NCBI GenBank assembly: GCA_030704615.1
Contig: CM060733.1
Location: 19,096,001 to 19,160,000, forward strand
Length of the DNA: 64,000 nt
Direction: 5' to 3'
Source: Takakia lepidozioides
Taxonomy: Eukaryota > Plantae > Bryophyta
Shown here: piece after piece, positions 62,003 to 64,000 of the stretch
Position numbering within the stretch: position 1 is the first letter of the stretch
Layout: each line of letters begins with the position of its first letter
The notes under the pieces: model-generated
The model's database searches: none
Told to the model about the DNA's origin: nothing
What the model saw: the letters and a program-made list of their open reading frames with translations, nothing else
Translations under genes and position numbers: made by a program

Positions 62003-62542
62003 GGCCAGACCCCACAGAACAGATCGCACACAAAATAACCGAGAGACGAATCCACACAAAACCCAACTAAACCCGAGTGAGGAAGACGCCAATCTCCTCT
62101 GTTCCTGCTTTAGGGTATGGATTTCCAGACTTGTCACATAAACCCTCTCTTGAACCTTCAGCCTCTCCCACCCTCTCTGTAGTGAAAAACTTAGGTCAAG
62201 GAGCCCACACCTACAGTTTACTGCCTCACTCCAGTCTTACTCCCAGTTCAAAGAAGGAAAGGATTGTCCACCACATATTCTCCAATTTCCATCAACTGAG
62301 TTATGGGAGCACTAGATTCATTATTCCTTGAGGCATGAAGCTGAGGACATTATAACACTTGGTTGCACTCTCGAACAACTTGGAGGCTACAAAAACTTAA
62401 AAGTAGCAGTGACATCACAAAGATCAGACATTGAACTAGTATCCTAATAGTCCTAGCTACATATATGATTTACACTTGGTGCGCCGCCATACAATGGTTA
62501 CAGACCATCAGATCTCTGCACCAAAAGTAAAATGTGGTGGCT

Positions 62543-63300
62543 TCATTTCTTCTTAGTGGCTGGCTTTTTTTTGGCCTCTTTTGCAGGAGGGGCTGCCTCC
62601 ACCTTCAGGACAGGTGGTGGTATAACATCTTCCTTACCTTCACCTGCCAAGACTAGCCTGCAGCCTCGGCCTCTGTAAACTTCAATCCATATGACTTCAT
62701 GGTAAGCAATTGGCTCCAATGGCGAAAATGTGATTGTTACAATCTGCTTATGTGCTGCACTCATATAGCCTTGCCTACCAGGCAATCTGCCACTCTCAGG
62801 AGTTGCAGCCCAAATAACTGGCCATATTTTATTCAGATCTCTCAAATATCCCTGCACATAATACCACTGGTTGAAAAGTGCAGCTTGGTTTTCTAATTGT
62901 AGCTGATCCAGTTTAAGTTTGGTTTCATTTGCTGTTTGGTTGCTAGCTACACAATTAGGTGATTTTGTGGTTGCTAGCCCCATCTGGTGCCCCACTTGTT
63001 CTGAGAGAGAGTACTCTATCATGCAACTAAGTCCAAGCTAATCATCACACATCAATTGTACATAATCTGCATCACTTACCCAATCCACAAAACCATTCCG
63101 TGCTGCCCTTTCAACCATAACTTCGTGGCTTTCCTCAGTGACTATGCGCCATTCCACTTCAGCAAAGCTCATGTTTGATATACTGAAATCCATGGTCTGC
63201 ACGAAATCAGGGCAGACCACTGTCCCAAACCACAGGCTCTCGGTCTGCAACTGCACCTCTGGGAAGTAGAGGTCTGCATGAAGGCATATAGTCTGTACAT
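62543..63300 (-). CDS. 3' exons of a probable ciliary ASH/PapD-like Ig-domain protein (HYDIN/DLEC1/CFAP65-like); the gene probably continues upstream
   Basis: PEVQLQTESLWFGTV..FSISNMS...VEW and PESGRLPG..IVTITFSPLEP..Y..VIWIEV..L.L.GEG fit ASH-repeat patterns; Lys/Pro/Ala-rich tail. Confidence 0.5.
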
Positions 63301-64000
63301 GCAAACAACATCAGTACTTAGCTTGGTTAACTTCCACGAACTGATTAGAGCTGGACATGTTCATTCAGACATCATCACCTAACAACATATCGCATGAAGA
63401 GTTGCCGATTGACACCATTACTCACTAGGAGTTAGGACAATGTCCCTTTCCTCCCTCTCTCAATGCCAAATGTCTATCTGTTCAGGGCAAGGCTTGAGCT
63501 TTGAATTCCTCTTTAGTCTCAAAGTTCTATGTGCTGAAGTTTTGTCCCTTCAGCCCCTAGGATCTCCTGCAGATATATTAAGTTTCTTTCCAGGCAGCTA
63601 ATTTTGATCAGTTTAGGGACTCACAGGCTTTGAAGGACCCCATGCAGTTTTGAGGACCCCAAAGTGCCTGGCAGCTTGCGTGCATGAGGCACTCAATCGT
63701 CCGTTCTTATTCGACGTCATTTCAAAGTGGTTTCTTGTTGACATTCTATTTTGTACCATGGGTCCTTTGGGCCCTGTGGATCTTATCAAGCCACTTTCTT
63801 TCTTTCTTTCTTTATAGGTTTTTCTCTTTCTCCATCTATGCGTCTCATGGAGGTACTTTCTTTCCTTTTTTTCTCCAAGCAATGCTTGGCGCCAGGAGCA
63901 CAACTCCATCTCAGATCCTAGGTGCAGAGTTCGCATGTGTACCATTGCAATCCGAGGCCCTCTTCAGGCTTACAATCTTTCTCCATAGATTGCAGGCCCT

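Overview
Gene-dense eukaryotic DNA from a land plant. A non-seed lineage (bryophyte, lycophyte or fern-like) is inferred from a probable ciliary ASH-domain gene and a combined HAN+LLM B-GATA. Host genes: FPF1-like, APC/polyamine transporter (with indels), AUGMIN7, a conserved plastid-type unknown, B-GATA, XRCC2, BAHD acyltransferase, intronless MPP-alpha, and the 3' end of a HYDIN/DLEC1-like gene. A decayed second copy of the XRCC2+BAHD block lies at ~51.0-57.35 kb. The standout is a young 10.45-kb Ty3/gypsy-type retrotransposon (38040-48493) with five unusual features. (1) It encodes a complete C5-cytosine DNA methyltransferase in frame with RT, where the protease normally sits. (2) Its integrase ends in a PHD finger. 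(3) Its primer-binding site is complementary to its own LTR rather than to a tRNA. (4) It carries captured host gene fragments. (5) Its termini are split direct repeats, A-[internal]-B-GC-A-B, with a 4-bp TSD; this is the layout expected if a 2-LTR circle was opened and integrated at a palindromic GACA^GC^TGTC site inside the LTR. All calls were made by eye, no database searches were run, and exon boundaries are approximate.
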